The notes: generated by a model from the sequence alone, not told the origin. Positions 7,844 through 17,314 are shown, numbered from the stretch's first letter. The stretch: 64,000 bases of DNA from a bacterium (GCA_040756235.1 JBFLZG010000132.1:1-64000), one strand, 5' to 3'. Translations and numbers: made by a program.

Positions 7844-10837
7844 TCAGAGGCCGAACTCGGACCGTCCGATGATTTCCCGCTGAATGTCCCGGTTGAGGGT
7901 GACGAAATAGGCGTTGTATCCGGAGATCCGCACGATCAGGTTCCGGTAGTTCTCGGGATGGGCCATGGCGTCCCGCAGCGTCCCGGTGCTGACCGCGTTC
8001 ATCTGCATCTGCATGCCTCCCAGGTGAAAAAAGGATTTCACGTAGGCGGCCATTTCGCCCACGGTCTTCTCTCTCGGGGCACGGCTCTGGGGCACGACCT
8101 TCACGTTGAAGGCCATGTTGTTGGGCATGTCGGCGGGATCGAGCTTGGCGACGTCTCGCAGGTTGTTCAGGAGGTCCTTGGAGGCGATGGGCTGCGGCGT
8201 CAGACCGGGAGTGAACGGTTTCCCCCGGCATCTTCCGGAAGGTATGGCGCCGCTCAGGTTGCCGTAGCTGGAGTGGTGGGACATGGACCAGTACCCCGCC
8301 GTGTAGAACCCGCCACGGTTGTGCGGCTTGGTGAGCAAATACTGCTGAATGGACCGTTGCAGGCGGCGGGCCATCGACAGGCCCTCTTCACTGCCGGATC
8401 CGAACAGCGGAACCCGGTTGCGGATCCGGGCCAGGAGCGGCGCATCTTCCCGGAAGTCGCGGTCGACGGCTCTCTTGAGCTCCGCGAAGGAACAGGCCTT
8501 CTCGTCGAAGACCAGTTTCCGGATTACCATGAGCGAGTCCACCACGTCCGCGAGACCGATGAAGTGGAAGCCGGAGCTGTTGTAAACCGCGCCTCCCAGG
8601 CCCGCATCGAGCCCTTTTCGGATGCATCCCTCCACCAGGGAAGACAGGAGAGGGGTCGGCCGCAGGTAAGCATATCCTTCGGCCAGCATGTCGTTGTATG
8701 CGATCGCCGCGTCGATGATGAACCGCAGTTGCCGGAGGTAGGCTTCGTAGAACGAATCGAACGTCCTGAAAGCCTCCTCTTCGATCGATCCGGTCTCGGG
8801 GCCGAGCTTCCATCTCGTGGGCGGATGGAGACCGTTGTTCAGCGCCATCTCGAGCGGAGCGACCAGGTTCAGGGCGATCTCGCTGGTGCTGCTCTCGTGC
8901 TTCTGCATGATGGAGACCTCCACGCAGCCGCTGACCCCCCAGTTCCTCAGGTCTTCTTCCGGGATTCCGAAGGGCCTCCACGCCTTCATCACGGCGAGAT
9001 CATTGTGGATGGAAGGCGTTCCCGAGGTGATGAGATTGACCTCACAGAGTCGTTTTAGATAGGTGTCGCTATTGCGCTCCGGATGAAATCGGGCGTTGAC
9101 GTTGGGATCCCTCATGCTCAGCATCTCGGTGACTTTGAGGAACAGGTAGGTCATGTCGTTGACCGCATCCGCGCCGTCCGGCCGGACGCCCCCGAGGGTG
9201 ATGGCCTGGACCGAGGAGGAGCCGCCGTCCTGGAAATTGGCGAAGTCGGGCGTCAGGGGGAAATGGTCCTGGCAGTTGAGGTACAAGCAGCCGATGAGCT
9301 CCAGGGCGTGGCGGATGTACGCCTGCCGCTCCGCATCCGAGCGCAGGGCGAGCATGTCCGCCTCGAAATAGGGCTGCAGCCACTGGTCGAGCCGGCCCAG
9401 AGACATCCCGGAATCGACGCTCTCGTTGTGGATGGCGACGAAGGTGATCCAGACCGCCTGGACTGCCTCGTCCAGGGTGCGGGCAGGCATTTCGACGACC
9501 CGCTCGCACGCGGCGGCGATTCTCTCGAGCTCGCTTCTGCGCTCGGGGTCGCGTTCCTGCTCGGCCTGGCGCGCGGCATGGCGCGACAGGCTCCTGCAAT
9601 AGGCCGTGAGCCCCTCCAGGGCCAGGATCATGGCCTGCAGGGTGGCGATCCGGTCCGGCCCCAGGCCTTCGGCCTCCAGCTCGCCGCGGATCTCGGCGAT
9701 GATGCCGGATGCGCCCGTCCGGAGAATCTTGGGGAAATCGGCGATATTCTGCCGGTTGAGGGATCCCCAGCAGAAGATGATCGCCCAGCGCTCGTCGAGG
9801 CTCAGGCCGAGCGGCTCGTTGTACTTCCTGCGCACCCACTCCTTCATGTTGCGGTGGATCCAGAACGGGAAGACCTCGTGATGGAGGATGCGGCGCGTCT
9901 CTTCCGATAGGTCGAACGGATTATACGTCCTGTGCGGCACGGTGAAGAGCTCGTTCCAGATCCAGGTGCCGTGCCCCTCGGGCTTGACCAGGCACCCGAT
10001 GTCCTTGGCCGTCGTGGTGCCGGCGAGCAGGCTGTCCTGGCGGATCACCGGCTCGCGGTTCTCCATCAGGTGTTTGAAGGCATGTCCCTGCCTGAGGACG
10101 GGTATCCACGGCTTTCCGGTCGGGTCGGTTTCGAATCCGTGGATCCTGTACCAGTCGGTCATGAGTTTGGGGAGCTCGGCACAGATCTCCGGGTGTCGGG
10201 TCAGATGGCGCTCGAGGCCGCTCTTCAGTCTGGGGAAGTCGTCCCGGCCGTACATGGAAAGGTACGGGTCGTCCAGGAACTTCACACCTGGGTCCACCTG
10301 GGCTCCCCTCATGCGACAGGATCTTCTCTCCTTCAGCTCGCGGCTGCAGTCCTCCGGCGGCTCGGAACAGGTCCTGCCGATCTCCTTGCGGTCGATCTCC
10401 CGCTCCCTCGCCATCTGCCGGATCATCGTCTTCTTGAGCAGCAGGGAGACGAGGAAGAAGAACAGTTGGATGATGGTATTGTTGCCCCGGACCCGAATGT
10501 CGCTGTGCATCGTCATCCGGATCTGCTCCGTGGGCGCCGCCGTGAGGAGCCTCCGAAGGCACCTGTCGTCCTTGCAGATGACGGCGGCGTCCGCATCGGC
10601 GGGCACGGATCGGAGCACGCTGGCTCTGCCGTCGCGGAAGCGGATGGCGCAGCCCACCGTACCGCTCTCGGTGGTGATGCCGACGGTGAAATTCAGCCAG
10701 CCGTAAGCGCTCCGGAGATAGCGGTTGAGAGAGGGACGACGGTTGAAGCTGGTTGCGAGCAGCCGGAGCAGCAGGCGTGCCAAAGCATCGGTCGCTGTCC
10801 TGCGCGGGGCCGCTTCGATGTTCCATGCGGAGCTCAT
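7844..10837 (-). CDS. Glycyl-radical enzyme, eliminase-type (CxE), with N-terminal SCP2-like extension
   Basis: Gly loop VRISGYNAYF (Gly973); Cys loop SGCVE (Cys638); SLGRLDQWL; about 200 aa longer than a typical GRE. Confidence 0.92.
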   Translation of the reverse strand: MSSAWNIEAAPRRTATDALARLLLRLLATSFNRRPSLNRYLRSAYGWLNFTVGITTESGTVGCAIRFRDGRASVLRSVPADADAAVICKDDRCLRRLLTAAPTEQIRMTMHSDIRVRGNNTIIQLFFFLVSLLLKKTMIRQMAREREIDRKEIGRTCSEPPEDCSRELKERRSCRMRGAQVDPGVKFLDDPYLSMYGRDDFPRLKSGLERHLTRHPEICAELPKLMTDWYRIHGFETDPTGKPWIPVLRQGHAFKHLMENREPVIRQDSLLAGTTTAKDIGCLVKPEGHGTWIWNELFTVPHRTYNPFDLSEETRRILHHEVFPFWIHRNMKEWVRRKYNEPLGLSLDERWAIIFCWGSLNRQNIADFPKILRTGASGIIAEIRGELEAEGLGPDRIATLQAMILALEGLTAYCRSLSRHAARQAEQERDPERRSELERIAAACERVVEMPARTLDEAVQAVWITFVAIHNESVDSGMSLGRLDQWLQPYFEADMLALRSDAERQAYIRHALELIGCLYLNCQDHFPLTPDFANFQDGGSSSVQAITLGGVRPDGADAVNDMTYLFLKVTEMLSMRDPNVNARFHPERNSDTYLKRLCEVNLITSGTPSIHNDLAVMKAWRPFGIPEEDLRNWGVSGCVEVSIMQKHESSTSEIALNLVAPLEMALNNGLHPPTRWKLGPETGSIEEEAFRTFDSFYEAYLRQLRFIIDAAIAYNDMLAEGYAYLRPTPLLSSLVEGCIRKGLDAGLGGAVYNSSGFHFIGLADVVDSLMVIRKLVFDEKACSFAELKRAVDRDFREDAPLLARIRNRVPLFGSGSEEGLSMARRLQRSIQQYLLTKPHNRGGFYTAGYWSMSHHSSYGNLSGAIPSGRCRGKPFTPGLTPQPIASKDLLNNLRDVAKLDPADMPNNMAFNVKVVPQSRAPREKTVGEMAAYVKSFFHLGGMQMQMNAVSTGTLRDAMAHPENYRNLIVRISGYNAYFVTLNRDIQREIIGRSEFGL

Positions 10838-11619
10838 GCGGGCGCCTCCTCTGGTTCAGGCCTGGCGGATCTTGTTCCTGCCGACCGGGACGGGACGCGT
10901 CCCCTTGTGCGGTGCTTCACGTCGGGTCCCTCCGCCGGCTTCTCGCGCAGCGCGACCTTGCGTCGGAGGCGCATCGGCGCTGCGCTGCCCGCGACGGACT
11001 GGATGATCTCTGCGACGCGCCGCTTCAGGACCCCCGCAGCGTTCGTGTCCACCTCGGCAAGAATGCGCGCGTTGTACAGCGAAATGATGCCGTGCAGGTC
11101 GGACCAGAACCGAACGGTCCGGTCGTGCACGGTTGCGGCATTCGTCTCTCCGCGGCTTTTCAGGATCTCGCCGATGACCTCGCAGAAGACCTCGAAGTTT
11201 CGTATCGAGCTCTCCTTCTCCCGGGTGCTGATCTTCTCGTAGGCGGTGCCGACGTAATCCAGATACTGCGGTTGACGGGGGTTCATCAGGAAGTCGTAGT
11301 ACTGCGGATTGGAGAGCGCGAAGTCGAGGTAGGCGTGGACCATGGCCGCGAACCGGTCGGCCGGGGCCTGGTGCCGGTCGTGCGCTTCCTTCAGGGCGGA
11401 GTAGAGCCGGCCGTAGCCCCTGTACTGAAGCCAGATGTTGATCTCATCCCGCCCCTTGAAATACTGGTAGAGCGTCGTGGCCGTGATGCCGAGGCTCTCG
11501 GCCAGGCTTCTCATGCTGAGCGTGGCGTACCCCTTGTCGAAGATGAGCTGGATGGCCTTGTCCAGGATGGCCTCTCTGACCGCCCCGACCTGCTCTTCCG
11601 TTCGACTCTGTCTGGGCAT
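10834..11619 (-). CDS. TetR/AcrR-family regulator (WHG-like C-terminal domain)
   Basis: HTH LSMRSLAESLGITATTLYQYF; W..LHG motif; ATGA overlap with the GRE start. Confidence 0.9.
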   Translation of the reverse strand: MPRQSRTEEQVGAVREAILDKAIQLIFDKGYATLSMRSLAESLGITATTLYQYFKGRDEINIWLQYRGYGRLYSALKEAHDRHQAPADRFAAMVHAYLDFALSNPQYYDFLMNPRQPQYLDYVGTAYEKISTREKESSIRNFEVFCEVIGEILKSRGETNAATVHDRTVRFWSDLHGIISLYNARILAEVDTNAAGVLKRRVAEIIQSVAGSAAPMRLRRKVALREKPAEGPDVKHRTRGRVPSRSAGTRSARPEPEEAPA

Positions 11620-11644
11620 GGCGACCTCGAGGATGGCTTCTGTG

Positions 11645-11689
11645 ATGTTAACATGCGTTAAGTTAACATATGTTACGGTAACGTGTCAA
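11645..11689 (-). promoter_or_regulatory. Sigma70 promoter overlapped by tandem palindromic operators (likely TetR sites)
   Basis: Minus-strand TTGACA (11684-11689), N18, TAACTT; TAAC-N4-GTTA boxes at 11649-11660 and 11664-11675. Confidence 0.75.
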
Positions 11690-11861
11690 GGAAATTCGGC
11701 GCGGAGCGGGAAAGTCTCGCTGGGCCGGTGCGAAGCGGGACAGGTTTCGGCCGGGCCCCCGGAGCTTTCCCGCAGCCTCGAGGCTGCACCCCGCATCCAT
11801 TGGATGATTCGTCTGGGAGGAGGCCTGCGCGGATGTCCTTCTGAAAAGGAGCGCCTGGGAA

Positions 11862-13415
11862 ATGCTGCTGGCGGAGCTCGTCGAGATCTGGCGCGAGGTA
11901 GCCGGCACTGCGAGCCGCAACCGCAAGGTCGAGCTGCTCGCCGCGCTGCTGCGCCGTCTCTCCCCCGAGGAGGTCGAGAGCGGAACGGCCTGGCTCTCAG
12001 GAGAGCTCAGGCAGGGGAGGATCGGCATCGGTCCCGCGGCCCTGGCTGAGCTCATCGGCATCCCGGCCGCCGAACGGCCCGGTCTCACCCTGACGGACGT
12101 GGGCGTCCTCCTCGAGCGTTTCGCGGCCGTTTCGGGCGCAGGGTCGGCGGCCCATCGCGGCCGGATTCTGGACGACCTCGCGGGCCGGGCCACTGCCGAA
12201 GAACGGGAGTTTCTTCTCGGGCTCCTGAGCGGCGGGCTCCGGCAGGGTGCGCTCGAGGGGGTGATGACCGAAGCGGTGGCACGGGCCTCCGGGATTCAGG
12301 TCCGTCGAATCCGGAGGGCCCTGATGTTCTCGGGAAGCCTGCCCGAGGTGGCCCGGGCGGCCTTGAGCGGAGGCGAGACCGGCCTCAAGCGCTTCTCGAT
12401 CCGGCCCCTCTCTCCGGTCATGCCCATGCTGGCCCAGAGTGCAGCCGATCTGGACGGGGCGCTCGGGCGGCTCGGCCGGGCCGCCCTGGAGTGGAAGCTC
12501 GACGGCGCGCGCATCCAGGCGCACAAGGAGGGCGGGGAGGTGAGGGTCTTCTCCCGCAACTTGCGGGACGTGACCGAGGCGGTGCCTGAAATCGCGGAGC
12601 TGATCCGGGGGCTCCCCGCCCGCCAGATCATCCTCGACGGCGAAGCCCTCGCCCTCCGGCCCTCCGGAAGGCCGGAGCCGTTCCAGGTGACCATGAGCCG
12701 CTTCGGCCGCAAGCTCGACGTGGCGGCGGTGCGCGTCCAGCTCCCGCTGGCCCCGTTCTTTTTCGATTGCCTCTACCTGGACGGCGAGGACCTCGTGGAG
12801 CAGTCCGAGGAACAGCGGTTTCAGGCCTTGCGCGGCGCATTGCCGGCCGGTGCCCTGGTTCGGAGAATCGTGACCGCGAATCGCGAGGAGGCAAAGGCAT
12901 TCCTCGAGGAAGCGACCGGCCGTGGCCACGAGGGCCTGATGGCCAAGGACCCGCAGGCCCCTTACCAGGCCGGCCGCAGGGGGGCCGGCTGGCTCAAGGT
13001 GAAGCCCGCCACGACCCTGGACCTGGTCGTTCTGGCTGCCGAGTGGGGCCACGGCCGACGCCGGGGCTGGCTCTCCAATCTCCACCTGGGCGCGCGCGAT
13101 CCCGGCAGCGGCGCTTTCGTCATGCTCGGGAAGACTTTCAAGGGGATGACGGACGAGATGTTGAAGTGGCAGACCCGGCACCTTCTCGAGCTGGAGGTGG
13201 GCCGCGATGCGTGGACGGTGTACGTCCGGCCCGAGCTGGTGGTGGAGGTGACGTTCAACGAGATCCAGGAGAGCCCGCGCTACCCGGCCGGGCTCGCTCT
13301 GCGTTTCGCCAGAGTGAAGGGGTACCGCACCGATAAGAGGGCCGAGGAGGCGGACACGATCCAGGAGGTGCGCAGGATCTTCGAGCGCCAGGCTGGTGGA
13401 GGGGGCTCGCCGTGA
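11862..13415 (+). CDS. ATP-dependent DNA ligase (LigB-like)
   Basis: Motif I EWKLDG, EGLMAK, WLKVK, LDLVV, ALRFAR; N-terminal DNA-binding domain. Confidence 0.92.
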   Translation: MLLAELVEIWREVAGTASRNRKVELLAALLRRLSPEEVESGTAWLSGELRQGRIGIGPAALAELIGIPAAERPGLTLTDVGVLLERFAAVSGAGSAAHRGRILDDLAGRATAEEREFLLGLLSGGLRQGALEGVMTEAVARASGIQVRRIRRALMFSGSLPEVARAALSGGETGLKRFSIRPLSPVMPMLAQSAADLDGALGRLGRAALEWKLDGARIQAHKEGGEVRVFSRNLRDVTEAVPEIAELIRGLPARQIILDGEALALRPSGRPEPFQVTMSRFGRKLDVAAVRVQLPLAPFFFDCLYLDGEDLVEQSEEQRFQALRGALPAGALVRRIVTANREEAKAFLEEATGRGHEGLMAKDPQAPYQAGRRGAGWLKVKPATTLDLVVLAAEWGHGRRRGWLSNLHLGARDPGSGAFVMLGKTFKGMTDEMLKWQTRHLLELEVGRDAWTVYVRPELVVEVTFNEIQESPRYPAGLALRFARVKGYRTDKRAEEADTIQEVRRIFERQAGGGGSP

Positions 13416-13511
13416 ACCGGGCACGCAACTTTATTGCGCAAGCCATCATGCTTCGAGGGAGCAGCCTCAGAAGCAAAAATACAGGGGCCTGTTATCCCGG
13501 TGTCATGTTTC

Positions 13512-13600
13512 GTCATCCCGACCCCTGTGCGGAGCGCGTGACAGCCGGGATCCAGGAGTCTGCATCAAGACGGGGTGCGCGGACCGAATTCCGGATGTCG
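13512..13600. repeat. Degenerate GTCAT-type REP-like palindrome overlapping the ackA 3' end
   Basis: GTCATCCCG...CGGGATCCAG...ATTCCGGAT; resembles the element at 45217. Confidence 0.4.
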
Positions 13601-14812
13601 CCTGCTGCGCGGTGCGCTCAACGCCTCCATGGTCTCGCGGGCGATCTGCAACTCCTCGTTGGTCGGAATGATGAGGATCTTCACCCTGCTTTCCGGCTTG
13701 CCGATGTCTCCCTTCGAATGGTTCAAAGAGGCGTTCTTGTGTGCATCCAGCGCGATTCCCAGCCCTTCCAGGTCCCTGCACACGGCGGCCCTGACCCGTT
13801 CCGAGTTCTCTCCGATCCCCGCAGTGAAAACGATCACGTCGACCCCGCCCATGGCCGCCATGTAGGCCCCGATGTATTTTCGGATCCTGTAACAGTACGC
13901 CTCGAATGCGGCCTTGGCCTGAGCGTTTCCTTCCGTGATCTTCTGTTCCACGTCGCGCAGATCGCTGCTCCCGATGCCCGCCAGACCGAGCATGCCGCTC
14001 TTCCGGTTGAGCATTTCATTGACTTCGGCCACGGTCATCTGCTTGCGGTCGACCAAGTAGAAGATGATGGCCGGGTCGATGTCGCCGCAGCGCGTGCCCA
14101 TGATCAGCCCTTCCAGGGGAGTGAACCCCATGCTGGTGTCGACACACCGGCCCTGCTTCACCGCGGCGATGCTGCTTCCGTTGCCCAGATGACAGGTGAT
14201 GATCCTCAGGCTGCCGATGCCCTGGTTCAGGTAGGCGGCTGCTTCATGAGAAACATACTTGTGGCTCGTGCCGTGGAAGCCGTATCGGCGCACGCGGTCT
14301 TTCTGATAGAGCTCGAGGGGAAGAGCGTACAAGTAGGCGCTGGGGGGCATGGTGGAGTGAAAGGCCGTATCGAAGACACCCACCTGCGGGATGCCTGGGA
14401 AGACCTCCTCACATGCCCGGATGCCCTCCAGGTTGGGAGGGTTGTGCAGCGGCGCCAGTTCAAAGCAAGCTCGAATCACGCTCTTGACCTGGTCGTCGAT
14501 GAGCGCGGGCGCGGTGATCTTCTCCCCGCCATGGACGACGCGATGGCCGATCGCAACGATCTCATCGCGGGACTTCATCACTCCCGAGCGGGCATCGCAC
14601 AGGTAAGAAGTGATGAGGGTCACGGCCTGGCGGGTGTTCTTGACGTCCACTTCCTGCGAGATCTTTTCCGATCCGGGGCGCGCGTAATGGAAGAGCGTTC
14701 CCGTCAGCCCGATCCGTTCCACCAGACCGGAAGCGAGGACGGCAAAGTCTTCACGGTTCATGCACGTGAATTTGACGGAAGAGCTGCCGGCGTTGATGAC
14801 CAGGATATTCAT
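13565..14812 (-). CDS. ackA: Acetate kinase
   Basis: ILVINAGSSSVK, GHRVVHGG, LAPLHN, YGFHGTSH, FTAGIGENS, PTNEE. Confidence 0.95.
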   Translation of the reverse strand: MNILVINAGSSSVKFTCMNREDFAVLASGLVERIGLTGTLFHYARPGSEKISQEVDVKNTRQAVTLITSYLCDARSGVMKSRDEIVAIGHRVVHGGEKITAPALIDDQVKSVIRACFELAPLHNPPNLEGIRACEEVFPGIPQVGVFDTAFHSTMPPSAYLYALPLELYQKDRVRRYGFHGTSHKYVSHEAAAYLNQGIGSLRIITCHLGNGSSIAAVKQGRCVDTSMGFTPLEGLIMGTRCGDIDPAIIFYLVDRKQMTVAEVNEMLNRKSGMLGLAGIGSSDLRDVEQKITEGNAQAKAAFEAYCYRIRKYIGAYMAAMGGVDVIVFTAGIGENSERVRAAVCRDLEGLGIALDAHKNASLNHSKGDIGKPESRVKILIIPTNEELQIARETMEALSAPRSRRHPEFGPRTPS

Positions 14813-14980
14813 GGTGATGCCTTCCGCAGGCGACCTCGGTTGCATTGTTTCCGACCGTTCATGCAGGCGGTCACCGGAGGATGGGTCCCGGCAAGCTGGA
14901 AAGGGGTTGTTCGGCTCGAACGCCGAAGGGGAAACCGAACTCCACGGAACCGCCCGGAGGCGGTCCCGTGGACAGGGCCG

Positions 14981-15457
14981 TCACAACTTGTGGTTGCTGG
15001 GCTGTTCGCGCACTTTCGCCACGGACCCGGTCAGCTTGGCCGTGTCGAGCACCATTTCCATCATGCTGACCTGCTCTTCCCAGACAGCCGGGTCCGCTTC
15101 GGCCCTGATCACTTCATCGAACACGTGGTACACCGGGAGTCCCAACGAGACTCCTGCCAATGGCCCTGCGAAGGTCGGATCGCCAGCGGTCACCGTTTCG
15201 GCATAAAACCCGGCTCCGCTGGGATCCGAGGAGCCGAGCAGCACGACCACGTTCTCGGCGCCGTATTTCTGGGCGGCGTCGAGCACCCGCTGCTGATTCT
15301 GCAGGTCCATTGCTCCTGCCGCCGTTCAGACAAAGCATTCGGTGGCCGAAAAGACCACCTCGGCTCCGCTGCCGGCGAAGCAGGCCTCCATGGCGGGACT
15401 GGGAACTCCGTCCCGTTCCCCCAGGAGGATCAACTTCTTGCCTGTAAGTTTACCCAT
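14981..15457 (-). CDS. grdA: Glycine/sarcosine/betaine reductase selenoprotein A (Sec at codon 44)
   Basis: [29 protein letters not shown]...ECFV-UGA(15326-15328)-TAAGAMDL continues in frame into the 109-aa [17 protein letters not shown]. Confidence 0.95.
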
Positions 15458-15583
15458 GCTTCACCTCCTTGCAGAAAGATGCCCTTGCGCTGCACCGTCC
15501 ATACTCTTGTTCCTGGCGACCTATTCCGTGGGCTCGCCTTGCCCCCCGGCAGCGACGTGGCGAGCTGCTCAAAGTGTTGGAAA

Positions 15584-15644
15584 TTGCGAGGACCGAAGGT
15601 CCGCGGCAACCCCCGGTCACAGGGAGATCGCCACGCTCGCAATG
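15584..15644. repeat. Degenerate TTGCGAG...CTCGCAA REP-like palindrome
   Basis: Terminal inverted repeat TTGCGAG/CTCGCAA with internal GGACC-GAA-GGTCC-like hairpin, in the trxA-grdA gap. Confidence 0.5.
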
Positions 15645-15783
15645 GGCTGAGCGCATGGCCATACGCCCCTCCAACCGCTCGCTCGCGAAATCCGCCCTCC
15701 GAGCGCACCGGCTGAGCGTGTCCCAGAGTGGCGAACCGGCGAACCAGCGCCCAGCCGCCGCGCTTGTGAATCCGCGTAGGAGT

Positions 15784-16131
15784 TTATGCAAGCAGCCGCT
15801 CCGCTCCGGCGCGGATCGCTTCCAGGGTCACATCGCCTCCGGTGATCCGTTCCTTCTGCTCCCCCTTCCGGTAAAAGAGAAACGTGGGGACTCCCAGGAC
15901 CTTGAGGGTGACGCAAAGCCGGCGGTTCTCCATGACATTGACCTTCGCGAATCGGATCCTCCCGGCGTATTCCCCGCTCAAAGCTTCGACATCGGGCATC
16001 AGAGCCAGGCAGGGGCCGCACTTGGGCCCCCAGAGGTCTACGACCACGGGCAGCTCGCTCTGCAGGACCTCCGATTCGAAATTGTCCGCATTGATTTCCA
16101 GCATGAAGTTCTTCTCCCCCATCAGGTCCAT
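15784..16131 (-). CDS. trxA: Thioredoxin (Grd-associated)
   Basis: WGPKCGPC active site; LGVPTFLFY. Confidence 0.92.
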   Translation of the reverse strand: MDLMGEKNFMLEINADNFESEVLQSELPVVVDLWGPKCGPCLALMPDVEALSGEYAGRIRFAKVNVMENRRLCVTLKVLGVPTFLFYRKGEQKERITGGDVTLEAIRAGAERLLA

Positions 16132-16156
16132 GGAACGCCTGCTTTCCGATGTCCGG

Positions 16157-17305
16157 CTACAAATGTCCGGTCTTCCTCAAGACTTCCCTGGACCGCTCGG
16201 CCGAGCTGCCGGGCACCTTGACCACCGGGCCCGTGCAGCCCATCGCGGACTCTGCGTAGATGCCGACCTTCCAGAGCTCTTTCACCGCGGCTTCCACGGA
16301 CAGCACATCGATGCCGTGGATTTCGGCATCCGTGGGTTCCTGGGGAGGGGCCGACACTTCTTCCCGAGACACCGGCTTGGAAGCCAGCCAGGAGATGATC
16401 TCGTCCAGCCCCGCCCGCTTTGCGGCTGCGAGCTCGCTGCGAACGCATGAGACCAGGTTTCCCCGGATGAGAGACGCCGTGTAGCATAAAGCGTTGGCGA
16501 TGACCGGTGCGCCCGAGGCGCGGGAGATGATGCCCACGACCTCCCCCCAGCCCTCGCCCACGGACGGCCCGTAGCCCCAGCCGAGCGCTTCGTATTGGCC
16601 GCCGCTGTGGAAAGCGGCAAGGAGCTTCATGATCACGTTGCCGGTGAGCGTGTCACACACACATACGTCCGTGACGCCGGCCAGAAGGTCGTTGCCGCGC
16701 AGCAGACTGCCTCCGTCGGCGCGCACGCTGCTCCCGAAATGGACGGCGTAGCCGCTTTCCGAAAGGCGGACCAGAGCGCGCTGAACCGAGGCGGCGCCGT
16801 CCAGGTTGAGGATGCCGACGGTGGGTCTGTCTAGGCCGAGCGCCTTGGCCACGGCGATGCCGTACACCGCATTGCGCAACATGGCCTCGGTCCGGGACGT
16901 GGCGGACGTTCCGGTGGTGGAGGCGATGAGCAGAGGCTTGCCCCGGGCCGGCGTGAGGACGCGCCCGATGGTGGTCACTCCCAGAGGAAAGGGGTAGTGG
17001 AGCGCAACCGCACCGCGGATGCGGCCGTCCGTGAGGGCCGCTTCCATGGCCGACACTAGCGCCGCTTCGTCCTTGGGTGTTTCGATCCATTCCAGCTGGT
17101 CGTATCCGGGCACCTTGGGACCGATGGCCACCACCTGGATCCGGGGATCCTGGTCCGTGGTGAGGAGCGCACCCCGCAAGAGCTCCTCCGCACCGAGCTC
17201 GCTTCCCGCAGCCATGAGCCCCACCCGGACCTTGGGTCCGCCGGTGCGGGCCTGTTCCACCAGCTCCGCCAGGAGATCACCGACGAGCTTGCGCTTGTTC
17301 ATCAT
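16157..17305 (-). CDS. grdD: Glycine reductase component C, alpha subunit
   Basis: HYPFPLGVTTIGRV, RGNDLL, GWGYGP, catalytic ESAMGCTGPV. Confidence 0.93.
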   Translation of the reverse strand: MMNKRKLVGDLLAELVEQARTGGPKVRVGLMAAGSELGAEELLRGALLTTDQDPRIQVVAIGPKVPGYDQLEWIETPKDEAALVSAMEAALTDGRIRGAVALHYPFPLGVTTIGRVLTPARGKPLLIASTTGTSATSRTEAMLRNAVYGIAVAKALGLDRPTVGILNLDGAASVQRALVRLSESGYAVHFGSSVRADGGSLLRGNDLLAGVTDVCVCDTLTGNVIMKLLAAFHSGGQYEALGWGYGPSVGEGWGEVVGIISRASGAPVIANALCYTASLIRGNLVSCVRSELAAAKRAGLDEIISWLASKPVSREEVSAPPQEPTDAEIHGIDVLSVEAAVKELWKVGIYAESAMGCTGPVVKVPGSSAERSREVLRKTGHL

Positions 17306-17314
17306 GGGACGTCC

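Noticed and set aside
7844..10837. GRE as pyruvate formate-lyase or alkyl/benzylsuccinate synthase
   Set aside because: Single Cys in a CVE loop, and no small accessory subunits
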